Shown here piece by piece: positions 10,303 through 19,856 of a stretch of DNA of 32,000 nucleotides (positions are counted from its first letter, which is position 1; each line of letters starts with the position of its first letter). The stretch lies in sequence record CM022109.1. One strand, given 5' to 3'. The notes under the pieces are model-generated. The model did no database searches. It was not told the origin of the DNA and saw nothing but the letters and a program-made list of their open reading frames with translations. Position numbers and translations under genes: made by a program.

Positions 10303-13300
10303 TTACTTAGTATTTGTTCCTAAACTTTCAATTTGATTAAAATCAATTGTTTGAAGTAATCCAGTATTTTTCTGAATTCCAAATAATTTTAAATCAAAAC
10401 AAAGTGCTTGTAATTCACGAATTAGAACTCTGAAACTTTCAGGAGTTCCAAATTCAATTGGTTGGTTTGTATGAATTTGAAAAGCTGCTTCCACACGGCC
10501 TCGAACATCATCTGATTTAATTGTTAAAAATTCTTGTAAAATTGTAGCTGCGCCATATGCTTGTAATGCCCAAACTTCCATTTCGCCTAATCTTTGACCA
10601 CCATTACGTGATCGTCCACGAACTGGTTGTTGAGTAATAGCAGAGTATGGTCCCGTTGAACGAGCATGTAACTTATCATCAACTAAATGAACAAGTTTTA
10701 ACATATAAGTACATCCAACTGTAATCGGTTGATCGAAAGGTGTTCCTGTTCGACCATCAAATAATTTAATTTTACCTGGATGATGTGGTTCAAATAACCA
10801 ATTCTGACCACTTTTTAATGATGCTTCAAATAATTTTGAATAAACAAAACTACGTGATGATTCAGAACCATATTTTTCATCAAATAAATTAATAAGATAA
10901 GATTCATTTAAGTATGTTCCAGCTAAGCCTAATAAACATTCTAAAATCTGACCTACATTCATTCGAGAAGGTACACCTAAAGGATTTAATACAATATCAA
11001 CTGGTCGTCCATCAGGTAAATACGGCATGTCGTATGATGGGATTATATTTGAAACAATACCTTTATTACCATGTCGTCCAGCCATTTTATCTCCAACTTG
11101 AATACGACGTTTATGTAGTAGTGCTACACGAACACGTAAAATGGCATCTTTAGGAGCAATTGCAATAACTTCCGCTTCTTTTGGCGGTAAAATATTTATA
11201 TCAAAAACAAAACCTTCAACACCTTTTGGAACACGTAAACTTGTATCACGAACATTTTTCTGTTCTGAACTTAATTGATTATCACGTTCCATTAAGACAT
11301 TATATAATTTTTCATATTGCTGTTGAACTGATTGCGTTTTTTGGCTAGTTGGTGTAATTTTACCGATTAAATAATCACCTTCTTTTACCCAAGTTCCAAT
11401 TGGAATAAAACCATTTGATTGCAATCTTTGAATACGTAATATTTCTTCTTCTGATTCTGTAAATTCAATTGGGATTTGATTTGTAATTTGTTCTAACCCA
11501 TATTGTGTATTTTTTACTTCAATTTCATAGTAATCTAAATGTAATGACGTAAATATATCTTCGTGCACTAAACGGTCACTAATTAAAATAGCATCCTCAA
11601 AATTATAACCTTCCCAAGGTAAATAAGCGACTAAAATATTTTTTCCTAATGCAATTTTACCTTCTGCACTCGCTGAACCATCAGCTAAAATATCTGATTT
11701 TTGAACCCAATTCCCACTTTTTACAATTGGACGCTGATACTTAACTGTACTTTGGTTTGTTCGTTTATATTGTTCTAACGAAATCTTTTTCGTTACATTG
11801 ACTTTATTTTTATTTACATTAAGCTTGGCTATTGAAGTAGAAAAAGGTTTTCGTAAGTTTTTTATAGCCTCAAACTTAAATTTTGAACTTTTTTTTAGAT
11901 ATGTTTTATGTAAATTATTAGAATTTAAATCTATTAGAGATGTATTAGTGTTACTAGTTGATAAATTTTGATCTGTTGATAATGAATTTGGAATAAAAAT
12001 ATCAATTGATTTACCACTAACATTTGTAATGTATCCGGATATATTACTATTCAAAGAATGTTGAATATCAGAGATTACACGACTTTCTAACCCAGTTTGA
12101 ACATAAGCAGTTTCTGGTTGAATTAATGGAACGGCTTGGCGTTGCATATTTGACCCCATTAATGCACGGTTTGCATCGTCATGTTCTAAAAATGGAATCA
12201 AACTTGTTGCAATTGAAATCATCTGTAAGGTATCAATCGATTGATTAGTAATATGTTTATAATCAGAATAATCAAATTTTCGATTTTTTCGTGTAGGAAG
12301 TTGGAGTCTTGGTAACATACCCGTATCTGAAAATATAATGTCTGATGGTGCAATTGAATAATTTACTTCATTAAATGGAATATTATAAATCGGGTTTAAA
12401 AATTGTTGAACTTGACCTTTATACACTTGAAAAAAAGGTGTTTCAATTGCCCCTAATTTATTTGGACGAGCAAAAACTGTTAACGAATTAACTAAACCTG
12501 CATTTTGACCTTCAGGTGTTTCAATTGGACATAAACGCCCGTAATACGTTGGATGAATACCACGAATTTGAATAGTTGTTTGTTTACTACTAACGCCTCC
12601 GGGGCCTAATACCGTAATACGGCGTTTATGAGTAATTTCAGCTAACGGGTTTGTTTCATCTAGGAATTGTGCTAAAGTTCCACTGGTAAAAAAACTTTTC
12701 CAAGATTTACTTACGCATTTTGATAAATTTGATTTTTGTAATTTCCAAATTATTTCAGAGTCATTTTGTACTGATAAATTTAATTTTCGACTCATAACAA
12801 TTTCAAATTCACGTATTCCTCGAATTAATTGATCTTGTAATAATTCTCCACAACCACGAATACGTTTATTAGCTAAACTATCAATATCATCGCCTTCAAT
12901 TTCGCCTGAAATTAATTTCAATAATGCATTCGTTGCATAAACTAAATCATCTCCACATAATAATGTTGAATTAGAAGAAATAGTACTATTAAACTTATAT
13001 TTAAATTGTTGTCGACCAATATAACCCAAGTCACGGTTTTTTGGATTCCACAGAATTGAATTAAAAAATTCTTGTGCTGTTTGTGACGTTACAACTTGAT
13101 CTCGACCTAAAGTTGTATATTCTTGAATATGAGCATATATATAACGAATTGCTTCAATGCGAGTTTGTGGATGAGAATTTAATTTTGCTCGTTCTAAAAT
13201 ACGCCCATGACGTGTTTTTTCTTGCGTTTTTTGGTCACGAATAAAACTAAATTGAAGCAGATGCGAATGTTCAATTCTTGCCCATAATTCGGAAATTGGA

Positions 13301-13908
13301 ATACCAAGTGCTTGTAAAAAAATTATTAGTGAAATTTTACGACGTAATAACCTAGTGGTTATCCACAATCGATTTTTTTTATCAATAGTTATATTTAACC
13401 AACTACCCTGTTCTGGAACTATACGAATAGTTGGAACACGCGTACGGGAATCATTCGGAAGAATATATATTCCTGGATTTCGTACCATTTGGTACAACAC
13501 AATGCGGGGAATACCATTAATAATAAAATGCCCACTTGGAGTCATTAGTGGTAAAAAACCTAATAATAGCCATTCAACTTTAGATTTTTTCCATTGAGTA
13601 CTTGAAATAACAGCTGGAATATAAACTGAACAACCATACGTTTTACCTGAAAAAATAGAATTTTGTTCTTTATCATCAGGAGTACGAAATTGTAATTTTT
13701 CGGGTAGAAATTTTATTTGTAGTGAATGAATTCCATAAGAACAATTCACAGGCGTATTTTCATTTAACCCAACTTGAATTCCTTGAATTAAAAATTTTTG
13801 GAAACTACCATATTGTAATGAAACTAAATCTGGTATATTCGGTTTTGGTAAATTTTTTTTTTTTATAATTTTATTATTAGACATAGTAGATTCAAATGTA
13901 TGGACCAT
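10303..13908 (-). CDS. rpoB: RNA polymerase beta subunit
   Basis: 1201-aa ORF. Conserved GRHGNKGIVS, PDGRPVDIVLNPLGVPSRMNVGQ and GGQRLGEMEVWAL motifs. The start could instead be the second ATG at 13884. Confidence 0.96.
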   Translation of the reverse strand: MVHTFESTMSNNKIIKKKNLPKPNIPDLVSLQYGSFQKFLIQGIQVGLNENTPVNCSYGIHSLQIKFLPEKLQFRTPDDKEQNSIFSGKTYGCSVYIPAVISSTQWKKSKVEWLLLGFLPLMTPSGHFIINGIPRIVLYQMVRNPGIYILPNDSRTRVPTIRIVPEQGSWLNITIDKKNRLWITTRLLRRKISLIIFLQALGIPISELWARIEHSHLLQFSFIRDQKTQEKTRHGRILERAKLNSHPQTRIEAIRYIYAHIQEYTTLGRDQVVTSQTAQEFFNSILWNPKNRDLGYIGRQQFKYKFNSTISSNSTLLCGDDLVYATNALLKLISGEIEGDDIDSLANKRIRGCGELLQDQLIRGIREFEIVMSRKLNLSVQNDSEIIWKLQKSNLSKCVSKSWKSFFTSGTLAQFLDETNPLAEITHKRRITVLGPGGVSSKQTTIQIRGIHPTYYGRLCPIETPEGQNAGLVNSLTVFARPNKLGAIETPFFQVYKGQVQQFLNPIYNIPFNEVNYSIAPSDIIFSDTGMLPRLQLPTRKNRKFDYSDYKHITNQSIDTLQMISIATSLIPFLEHDDANRALMGSNMQRQAVPLIQPETAYVQTGLESRVISDIQHSLNSNISGYITNVSGKSIDIFIPNSLSTDQNLSTSNTNTSLIDLNSNNLHKTYLKKSSKFKFEAIKNLRKPFSTSIAKLNVNKNKVNVTKKISLEQYKRTNQSTVKYQRPIVKSGNWVQKSDILADGSASAEGKIALGKNILVAYLPWEGYNFEDAILISDRLVHEDIFTSLHLDYYEIEVKNTQYGLEQITNQIPIEFTESEEEILRIQRLQSNGFIPIGTWVKEGDYLIGKITPTSQKTQSVQQQYEKLYNVLMERDNQLSSEQKNVRDTSLRVPKGVEGFVFDINILPPKEAEVIAIAPKDAILRVRVALLHKRRIQVGDKMAGRHGNKGIVSNIIPSYDMPYLPDGRPVDIVLNPLGVPSRMNVGQILECLLGLAGTYLNESYLINLFDEKYGSESSRSFVYSKLFEASLKSGQNWLFEPHHPGKIKLFDGRTGTPFDQPITVGCTYMLKLVHLVDDKLHARSTGPYSAITQQPVRGRSRNGGQRLGEMEVWALQAYGAATILQEFLTIKSDDVRGRVEAAFQIHTNQPIEFGTPESFRVLIRELQALCFDLKLFGIQKNTGLLQTIDFNQIESLGTNTK

Positions 13909-13975
13909 CCTGAAAAATTTGTTATACTAATGATTAGATATCGTTAGTATATAAAATATTAGTCAAATAGGTTCG

Positions 13976-13993
13976 ATATATATATATATATAT
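13976..13993. repeat. (AT)9 microsatellite
   Basis: Read directly from the sequence, immediately upstream of trnC. Confidence 0.9.
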
Positions 13994-13998
13994 TTAGC

Positions 13999-14070
13999 GG
14001 CGGTATAGCCAAGTGGTAAGGCCGTGGATTGCAAATCCTCTATTCCCCAGTTCGAATCTGGGTGCCGCCT
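13999..14070 (+). tRNA. trnC: tRNA-Cys (anticodon GCA)
   Basis: Acceptor GGCGGTA/TGCCGCC with one G-U pair. T arm CCCAG-TTCGAAT-CTGGG. Anticodon loop TTGCAAA. Confidence 0.9.
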
Positions 14071-14260
14071 ATTAAATCAATAATTTTAAAGTATTTTATT
14101 AACAAAAAAAATGAGATTCACAATTCTCATGTTATATTCAACCCATAATGTTGCTACTTTTCAGTCCTCACATGATTCTGGATCAAATTACATAGAATAT
14201 GAATCTCATTAATCATCCTAGCATGATGATTGGTTATTGTCGATATCTATTTATCTATTT

Positions 14261-14290
14261 ATGTATCTCTTTATTGAAAAAGAGATACAT
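14261..14290 (-). terminator. 3' UTR stem-loop downstream of petD (12-bp perfect stem, 6-nt loop)
   Basis: atgtatctcttt (14261-14272) is the reverse complement of aaagagatacat (14279-14290). It lies about 30 nt downstream of the petD stop codon. Confidence 0.6.
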
Positions 14291-14321
14291 ATATTATATG
14301 TATGTAAGATGTATACTTTAT

Positions 14322-14804
14322 TTAAAATAAACCTAATGTTAAAGAAATATCAATAGGTAATGCTGCGCCAATTCCTAACCAAATTGCCGCAACTGTTCCA
14401 ACTAAGAATACAGTCATTGCAACTGGACGACGGAATGGATTTTGGAATTTATTGATACTTTCAATAAACGGTACTGTAATTAAGCCTGCAGGAACTGCTG
14501 CCATTAAAAGTACTCCTAATAATTTATTAGGTACTGTACGTAATAATTGGAACACTGGAAAGAAATACCATTCTGGTAAAATTTCTAGTGGCGTTGCAAA
14601 TGGGTTTGCAGGTTCACCAATTGCAGCTGGTTCTAATACTGCTAAACCAATAACACAAGCAAAAGTTCCAAAAATTACAACAGGGAAAATGTATAATAAA
14701 TCATTTGGCCAAGCGGGTTCACCATAGTAATTGTGACCCATACCTTTAGCTAATTTTGCGCGTAATACTGGATCTGAAAGATCAGGTTTTTTTGTAACTG
14801 CCAT
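14322..14804 (-). CDS. petD: cytochrome b6/f subunit IV, uninterrupted
   Basis: 160-aa ORF with near-invariant PetD sequence ([16 protein letters not shown]..., [13 protein letters not shown]). Confidence 0.98.
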   Translation of the reverse strand: MAVTKKPDLSDPVLRAKLAKGMGHNYYGEPAWPNDLLYIFPVVIFGTFACVIGLAVLEPAAIGEPANPFATPLEILPEWYFFPVFQLLRTVPNKLLGVLLMAAVPAGLITVPFIESINKFQNPFRRPVAMTVFLVGTVAAIWLGIGAALPIDISLTLGLF

Positions 14805-14811
14805 AATTTAA

Positions 14812-14826
14812 TTTTTTTTTTTTTTT
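14812..14826. repeat. T15 homopolymer in the petB-petD spacer
   Basis: Counted directly. Prone to slippage and to sequencing error. Confidence 0.9.
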
Positions 14827-14855
14827 AATTAATTAAAATTGAAATTAAATTCAAT

Positions 14856-15521
<666 letters not shown>

Positions 15522-15571
15522 TTAATTTGTAAATACTAACGATTTACTTTTAAACCACAATTAGGCTGAAC

Positions 15572-15589
15572 ATAGATATATATATCTAT
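15572..15589 (-). terminator. 18-nt perfect palindrome directly downstream of clpP
   Basis: atagatatatatatctat is self-complementary. It lies 7 nt from the clpP stop codon. Confidence 0.4.
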
Positions 15590-15595
15590 TGTAAA

Positions 15596-16204
15596 TTATT
15601 TATTTTCTGACCATTTTGTATCTACAGCAACTTGATCTACCAGACCATAGACTTTTGCTTCTTCAGCTGATAAAAATTGATCACGATCCATATCTCGAGA
15701 AATACGGCTTAGTGGTTGACCAGTTCGTTGTGCATAAATTTGGCCAACTTGTCTTCGAATACGCATTACTTCTTCTGATTCTGCTAAAACTTCTGAAGCT
15801 TGGCCTTGGCTACCACCTTCAGGTTGATGAATCATAATACGCGAATAAGGTAACGCAATACGTTTACCAGTATCACCACCGGCTAAAATAAATGAAGCCA
15901 TAGAAGCTGCTGTTCCAACACAAATAGTTGTAACTGGTGATTGAACGTAGTTCATAGCATCATAAACTGCAATTCCACATGTTACAGATCCACCTGGTGA
16001 ATTGATATACAAATATAAACCTTTATTTTTATCTTCTGAATTTAAGTACAACATAATACCAATAAGTTGGTTTGCTAATTCATCATCTAACTCTTGACAT
16101 AAAAATAAAACGCGTTCACGATACAGTCGATTATATAAATCAACCCACTGAGCTGATGGCTCTCCAGGTAAACGAAAAGGGACTTTTGGGACTCCAATTG
16201 GCAT
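15596..16204 (-). CDS. clpP: ATP-dependent Clp protease proteolytic subunit, no introns or insertions
   Basis: 202-aa ORF. The catalytic Ser (GTAASMAS), His (MIHQP) and Asp contexts are conserved. Confidence 0.97.
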   Translation of the reverse strand: MPIGVPKVPFRLPGEPSAQWVDLYNRLYRERVLFLCQELDDELANQLIGIMLYLNSEDKNKGLYLYINSPGGSVTCGIAVYDAMNYVQSPVTTICVGTAASMASFILAGGDTGKRIALPYSRIMIHQPEGGSQGQASEVLAESEEVMRIRRQVGQIYAQRTGQPLSRISRDMDRDQFLSAEEAKVYGLVDQVAVDTKWSENK

Positions 16205-16319
16205 AAATTTAGTTCTCTATTCATTATATTATATATATATAGTATATACTATATTGTAGTAGATAGCAAAAGTAATATTTACTAAATATTAAAAATATTT
16301 AATTTTTAGTATTCATATA

Positions 16320-16328
16320 TGCTATACT
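16320..16328 (+). promoter_or_regulatory. candidate extended -10 element (TGcTATACT) for psbB
   Basis: TGnTATACT lies 60 nt upstream of the psbB ATG. No good -35 box is present. In DNA this AT-rich a chance match is plausible. Confidence 0.25.
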
Positions 16329-16352
16329 AATTTTAATAGTAGATTTAAAGAA

Positions 16353-16369
16353 AGAAAGTAAAAAAATTA
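16353..16369 (+). promoter_or_regulatory. psbB 5' leader motif AGAAAGTAAAAAAATTA, shared with the psbH leader
   Basis: Starts 35 nt upstream of the psbB ATG. The psbH leader carries the same sequence with one extra A at 18441-18458. Both copies are preceded by TTTAAA 3-4 nt upstream. Confidence 0.5.
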
Positions 16370-16387
16370 TTAACATTAACAATTGTT

Positions 16388-17914
16388 ATGGGTCTTCCTT
16401 GGTATCGTGTTCACACAGTTGTATTAAATGATCCAGGTCGTTTAATTTCTGTTCACTTAATGCATACAGGACTAGTTTCTGGTTGGGCTGGTTCAATGGC
16501 ATTCTATGAATTAGCTGTTTTTGATCCTTCTGATCCTGTATTAAATCCAATGTGGCGTCAAGGTATGTTTGTACTACCATTTATGACACGTTTAGGTATT
16601 ACAGAATCATGGGGTGGTTGGACAATTAGTGGTGAAACAGCTTCAAATCCTGGTTTATGGAGTTATGAAGGTGTTGCTGCAACACACATCATTTTAGCTG
16701 GTTTACTTTTTGCTGCATCAATTTGGCATTGGGTTTATTGGGATTTAGAATTATTCCGTGATCCACGTACAGGCAATCCTGCATTAGATTTACCAAAAAT
16801 TTTCGGTATTCACTTATTTTTAAGTGGTTTATTATGTTTTGGTTTTGGAGCTTTCCATGTAACAGGTTTATTTGGACCAGGTATTTGGGTATCTGATCCA
16901 TATGGTATTACTGGTAGTGTTCAAGGAGTTGCACCATCTTGGGATTCTACTGGTTTTGATCCTTATAATCCAGGTGGTATTGCAGCACATCATATTGCTG
17001 CAGGTATTTTAGGTGTTATTGCAGGTTTATTCCATTTATGTGTTCGTCCACCACAACGTTTATATAATGGTTTACGAATGGGTAATATTGAAACTGTACT
17101 TTCAAGTAGTATTGCTGCTGTATTCTGGGCTGCATTTGTTGTAGCAGGTACAATGTGGTATGGTTCAGCTGCAACACCAATTGAATTATTTGGTCCAACT
17201 CGTTATCAGTGGGATTTAGGTTTCTTCCAAGAAGAAATTGAAACACGTGTACAAACAAGTTTAGCTGAAGGTAAATCAGCATCACAAGCATGGGCTGAAA
17301 TTCCAGAAAAATTAGCTTTTTATGACTATATTGGTAATAACCCAGCAAAAGGTGGTTTATTCCGTACTGGTGCTATGAATAGTGGTGATGGTATTGCAGT
17401 AGGTTGGCTTGGACATGCAATTTTTAAAGATAAAACTGGTAATGAACTTTTTGTTCGTCGTATGCCATCATTCTTTGAGACATTCCCAGTTATCTTATTA
17501 GATAAAGATGGTATTGTTCGTGCTGATGTTCCATTCCGTCGTGCAGAATCAAAATATAGTGTTGAGCAAGTTGGATTATCAGTAACATTCTACGGTGGTG
17601 AACTAGATGGAGTAACATTTACAGATCCCGCAACAGTGAAAAAATATGCTCGTCGTGCTCAACTTGGTGAGATTTTTGAGTTTGATCGTGCAACATTACA
17701 ATCAGATGGTGTATTCCGTTCAAGCCCTCGTGGTTGGTTTACTTATGCTCATTTATGTTTTGCGCTATTATTTTTCTTTGGTCATATTTGGCATGGTGCA
17801 CGTACAATTTTCCGTGATGTATTTGCCGGTATTGATGCTGATTTAGAAGAACAAGTAGAATTTGGTGCTTTTATTAAATTAGGTGATACATCTACTCGTC
17901 GTCAATCAATCTAA
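16388..17914 (+). CDS. psbB: photosystem II CP47 chlorophyll apoprotein
   Basis: 508-aa ORF starting [27 protein letters not shown]... This is canonical CP47. Confidence 0.99.
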   Translation: MGLPWYRVHTVVLNDPGRLISVHLMHTGLVSGWAGSMAFYELAVFDPSDPVLNPMWRQGMFVLPFMTRLGITESWGGWTISGETASNPGLWSYEGVAATHIILAGLLFAASIWHWVYWDLELFRDPRTGNPALDLPKIFGIHLFLSGLLCFGFGAFHVTGLFGPGIWVSDPYGITGSVQGVAPSWDSTGFDPYNPGGIAAHHIAAGILGVIAGLFHLCVRPPQRLYNGLRMGNIETVLSSSIAAVFWAAFVVAGTMWYGSAATPIELFGPTRYQWDLGFFQEEIETRVQTSLAEGKSASQAWAEIPEKLAFYDYIGNNPAKGGLFRTGAMNSGDGIAVGWLGHAIFKDKTGNELFVRRMPSFFETFPVILLDKDGIVRADVPFRRAESKYSVEQVGLSVTFYGGELDGVTFTDPATVKKYARRAQLGEIFEFDRATLQSDGVFRSSPRGWFTYAHLCFALLFFFGHIWHGARTIFRDVFAGIDADLEEQVEFGAFIKLGDTSTRRQSI

Positions 17915-17987
17915 ATTGGTTTAATATGAAACTTAGGTACATCTAAGTTGTATTATGCTAAATAAAGACTTGAAATAAGGAATTATT

Positions 17988-18086
17988 ATGGAAGCATTAG
18001 TTTATACATTTTTATTAATTGGTACATTAGGTATTATCTTTTTCTCTATTTTCTTTAGAGAACCACCACGTATTAATACTAAATAA
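17988..18086 (+). CDS. psbT: photosystem II protein T
   Basis: Hand-translated 32 aa: [32 protein letters not shown]. Confidence 0.93.
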   Translation: MEALVYTFLLIGTLGIIFFSIFFREPPRINTK

Positions 18087-18111
18087 TTAGTATTTAATCT
18101 TTTTTTATTTT

Positions 18112-18143
18112 TGAAATCGGGATGAATTGAATTCCCGATTTCA
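18112..18143. terminator. stem-loop shared by the convergent psbT and psbN genes (11-bp perfect stem, 10-nt loop)
   Basis: tgaaatcggga (18112-18122) is the reverse complement of tcccgatttca (18133-18143). It lies 26 nt past the psbT stop and 6 nt past the psbN stop. Confidence 0.6.
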
Positions 18144-18148
18144 GTATA

Positions 18149-18283
18149 TTAATCTTCATGTTCTTCAAATGGATCACGTAATTTATTTGATGGTGGTCCA
18201 AATCCAACATAGATTGAATAACCAGTTGCACTTAATAAAAGGCACCATAAAAAAATCGCAAAGAAAAAAGCTGGACTGTCCAT
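18149..18283 (-). CDS. psbN: photosystem II protein N
   Basis: Hand-translated 44 aa: [44 protein letters not shown]. The C-terminal LRDPFEEH signature is conserved. Confidence 0.92.
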   Translation of the reverse strand: MDSPAFFFAIFLWCLLLSATGYSIYVGFGPPSNKLRDPFEEHED

Positions 18284-18440
18284 AAACTATTTATTTAATA
18301 ATATTTATAATTGCTATTAATTATAGTATAACATACTGAAATAGAAATTTTTTAAATAAAACTAAAAAAGTTTTATATTCTTACAAATGTAATATATAAT
18401 ATATATATATTGATAGTATAAACCACAAAGTTTAAATTAT

Positions 18441-18458
18441 AGAAAGTAAAAAAAATTA
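18441..18458 (+). promoter_or_regulatory. psbH 5' leader motif AGAAAGTAAAAAAAATTA, shared with the psbB leader
   Basis: Starts 31 nt upstream of the psbH ATG. See the paired motif at 16353-16369. Confidence 0.5.
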
Positions 18459-18471
18459 ATTAAAAATTAAT

Positions 18472-18720
18472 ATGGCTACTGGAACTACATCAAAAGTAAA
18501 ATCAGCAAATCAAGAATCCGGTCTAGTAACACCATTAGGTACATTACTAAAACCATTAAATTCAGAATATGGTAAAGTTGCTCCGGGTTGGGGTACGACA
18601 GTTGTTATGGGTGTTTTTATGGCTTTATTTGCTGTTTTCTTAGTAATTATTTTAGAAATTTATAATAGTTCAGTAATTTTAGATGATGTAACAATGAGTT
18701 GGACATCTCTGGCAAAATAA
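18472..18720 (+). CDS. psbH: photosystem II phosphoprotein H
   Basis: 82-aa ORF with the conserved [23 protein letters not shown] and a TM helix. Confidence 0.96.
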   Translation: MATGTTSKVKSANQESGLVTPLGTLLKPLNSEYGKVAPGWGTTVVMGVFMALFAVFLVIILEIYNSSVILDDVTMSWTSLAK

Positions 18721-18738
18721 AGTTTTTTAATACATTAT

Positions 18739-18769
18739 AGAGATTACTCTCTAATTAAGAGTAATCTCT
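18739..18769 (+). terminator. 3' UTR stem-loop downstream of psbH (12-bp perfect stem, 7-nt loop)
   Basis: agagattactct (18739-18750) is the reverse complement of agagtaatctct (18758-18769). It lies between the convergent psbH and trnL. Confidence 0.6.
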
Positions 18770-18793
18770 GAATAATAATAGGGTTTATATAAT

Positions 18794-19063
18794 TGGGGAT
18801 AGAGAGACTTGAACTCTCACGATTCAATGAATCAACGGATTTTCAGTTTGAAAACTGGACTCTCTCTTTATCCAATAAAGATTTTGGATAGCTCCCGTCG
18901 AGTCTCTGCACCTTTTAAATTGAATATTTAAATTGGCTCAAGATTGCTTTAATAAAGTTTCCTTGAATTTGAGAGCATTCACTTAATAAATTTCTCTATT
19001 AAGGCTCAATAGTATAGTTTGACCCTTTAAGTCCGTTGCGTCTACCAATTCCGCCATATCCCC
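18794..19063 (-). tRNA. trnL: tRNA-Leu (anticodon UAA) interrupted by a group I intron. Exon 1 is 19063-19029 (35 nt); exon 2 is 18843-18794 (50 nt)
   Basis: Exon 1 GGGGATATGGCGGAATTGGTAGACGCAACGGACTT and exon 2 AAAATCCGTTG...GGTTCAAGTCTCTCTATCCCCA join to a normal class II tRNA. The intron lies between U34 and A35, the classical plastid/cyanobacterial position. Confidence 0.93.
18844..19028 (-). ncRNA. group I intron of trnL(UAA), 185 nt, no ORF
   Basis: The 5' splice site follows a U and the intron ends in G. The conserved core GGTGCAGAGACTCGACGGGAGCTATCC is present. GACTC...GAGTC can form P7. Confidence 0.85.
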
Positions 19064-19193
19064 TTAATCTATAGTGTAAGTATATCATATATATATCTAT
19101 TATGTAAATAGAATAAAGTATTCTAAATAAAAATTTATTATTTGTAATTTTTCTTATTCCAATGTAGAATATATTCATATATCAAAAATATCA

Positions 19194-19275
19194 GGGTCGA
19201 TGTCCGAGTGGTTAATGGAGGCGGATTGTAAATCCGTTGGCTTTGCCTACGCTGGTTCAAATCCAGCTCGGCCCA
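19194..19275 (+). tRNA. trnY: tRNA-Tyr (anticodon GUA), long variable arm
   Basis: Starts GGGTCGATGTCCGAGTGGTTAATGG. Anticodon loop TTGTAAA. T arm GCTGG-TTCAAAT-CCAGC. Confidence 0.9.
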
Positions 19276-19285
19276 AATTATACTA

Positions 19286-19317
19286 TTTCTTATGGATATA
19301 TTAATTTCCATAAGAAA
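19286..19317. terminator. stem-loop shared by the convergent trnY and psbM genes (11-bp perfect stem, 10-nt loop)
   Basis: tttcttatgga (19286-19296) is the reverse complement of tccataagaaa (19307-19317). Confidence 0.55.
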
Positions 19318-19322
19318 AATTT

Positions 19323-19430
19323 TTAATTTTCTTCGTTACTTGCTGTTTTAACATATAAAATCAGTAAGAATGATGTTGGGATAATAATAAATAGCGCTGT
19401 TGCAATTAAGCCTAAAATATTTACTTCCAT
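19323..19430 (-). CDS. psbM: photosystem II protein M
   Basis: Hand-translated 35 aa: [40 protein letters not shown] lies 9 nt upstream of the ATG. Confidence 0.92.
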   Translation of the reverse strand: MEVNILGLIATALFIIIPTSFLLILYVKTASNEEN

Positions 19431-19452
19431 GAAGGTTAACTCCAAATATACA

Positions 19453-19489
19453 TAAAAATTAAGTAATACAAGTATTTACTTAATTTTTA
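19453..19489 (-). promoter_or_regulatory. stem-loop in the psbM 5' leader (14-bp stem)
   Basis: 19453-19466 (taaaaattaagtaa) is the reverse complement of 19476-19489. It lies about 23 nt upstream of the psbM ATG on the minus strand. Confidence 0.4.
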
Positions 19490-19565
19490 ATTTAGCTGTT
19501 ACTATTTATTGTACTAGAAAATTCTGAAAAATAAAAAGTTTTTAATAAATATATAGAGTTAATAT

Positions 19566-19652
19566 CGGAGAAGGGGGGATTCGAACCCCCGGTAGTCTCG
19601 CAACTACGCCGGTTTTCAAAACCGGTGCAATCAACCACTCTGCCACCTCTCC
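19566..19652 (-). tRNA. trnS: tRNA-Ser (anticodon UGA), long variable arm
   Basis: Starts GGAGAGGTGGCAGAGTGGTTGA. Anticodon loop TTTGAAA. T arm GGGGG-TTCGAAT-CCCCC. Confidence 0.9.
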
Positions 19653-19667
19653 ATTAGTGATGTACTA

Positions 19668-19740
19668 AGCGGGTAACGCGACTCGAACGCGCGACATGCA
19701 CCTTGGCAAGGTGCCGCTCTACCAACTGAGCTATACCCGC
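19668..19740 (-). tRNA. trnG: tRNA-Gly (anticodon GCC)
   Basis: Starts GCGGGTATAGCTCAGTTGGTAGAGC. Anticodon arm GCACC-TTGCCAA-GGTGC. Confidence 0.9.
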
Positions 19741-19856
19741 GTTAAAAGTACACTTATATTTGTACCATAAATTGTTTTTTAATGCAACTAATTTATATTT
19801 ATATATATAAATATTGACATTTTACAAAATATATAATAACCTTATAAATAAGGTTT

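Noticed and set aside
4557-13597. Plus-strand ORFs inside rpoC2, rpoC1 and rpoB (4557-4955, 6401-6631, 8079-8318, 8811-9068, 10914-11153, 13355-13597)
   Set aside because: All are antisense to strongly conserved RNA polymerase genes, and no recognisable protein motifs are present.
14111-14212. 33-codon ORF (MRFTILMLYSTHNVATFQSSHDSGSNYIEYESH) in the trnC-petD spacer
   Set aside because: It resembles no small plastid protein that I know, it has no Shine-Dalgarno sequence, and it is not hydrophobic like the small psb/pet/psa peptides.
14071-14321. Possible tmRNA (ssrA), SRP RNA (ffs) or degenerate tRNA in the spacer
   Set aside because: There is no T-arm (GTTCRANYC) and no tRNA-like acceptor end. 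There is also no conserved SRP domain IV tetraloop context.
18381-18409. TTACAA, 17-nt spacer, TATATA upstream of psbH; similar weak -35/-10 pairs upstream of psaJ (TTGCAA at 21219)
   Set aside because: The -10 matches fall in (TA)n-like sequence, where such hexamers occur by chance. They cannot be supported without transcript data.
19814-19848. TTGACA box upstream of trnfM as a promoter
   Set aside because: The best TATAAT (19832-19837) is only 12 nt from the -35 box, and TATAAA (19843-19848) is 23 nt away. Neither spacing is canonical. I kept only the properly spaced trnE promoter candidate.
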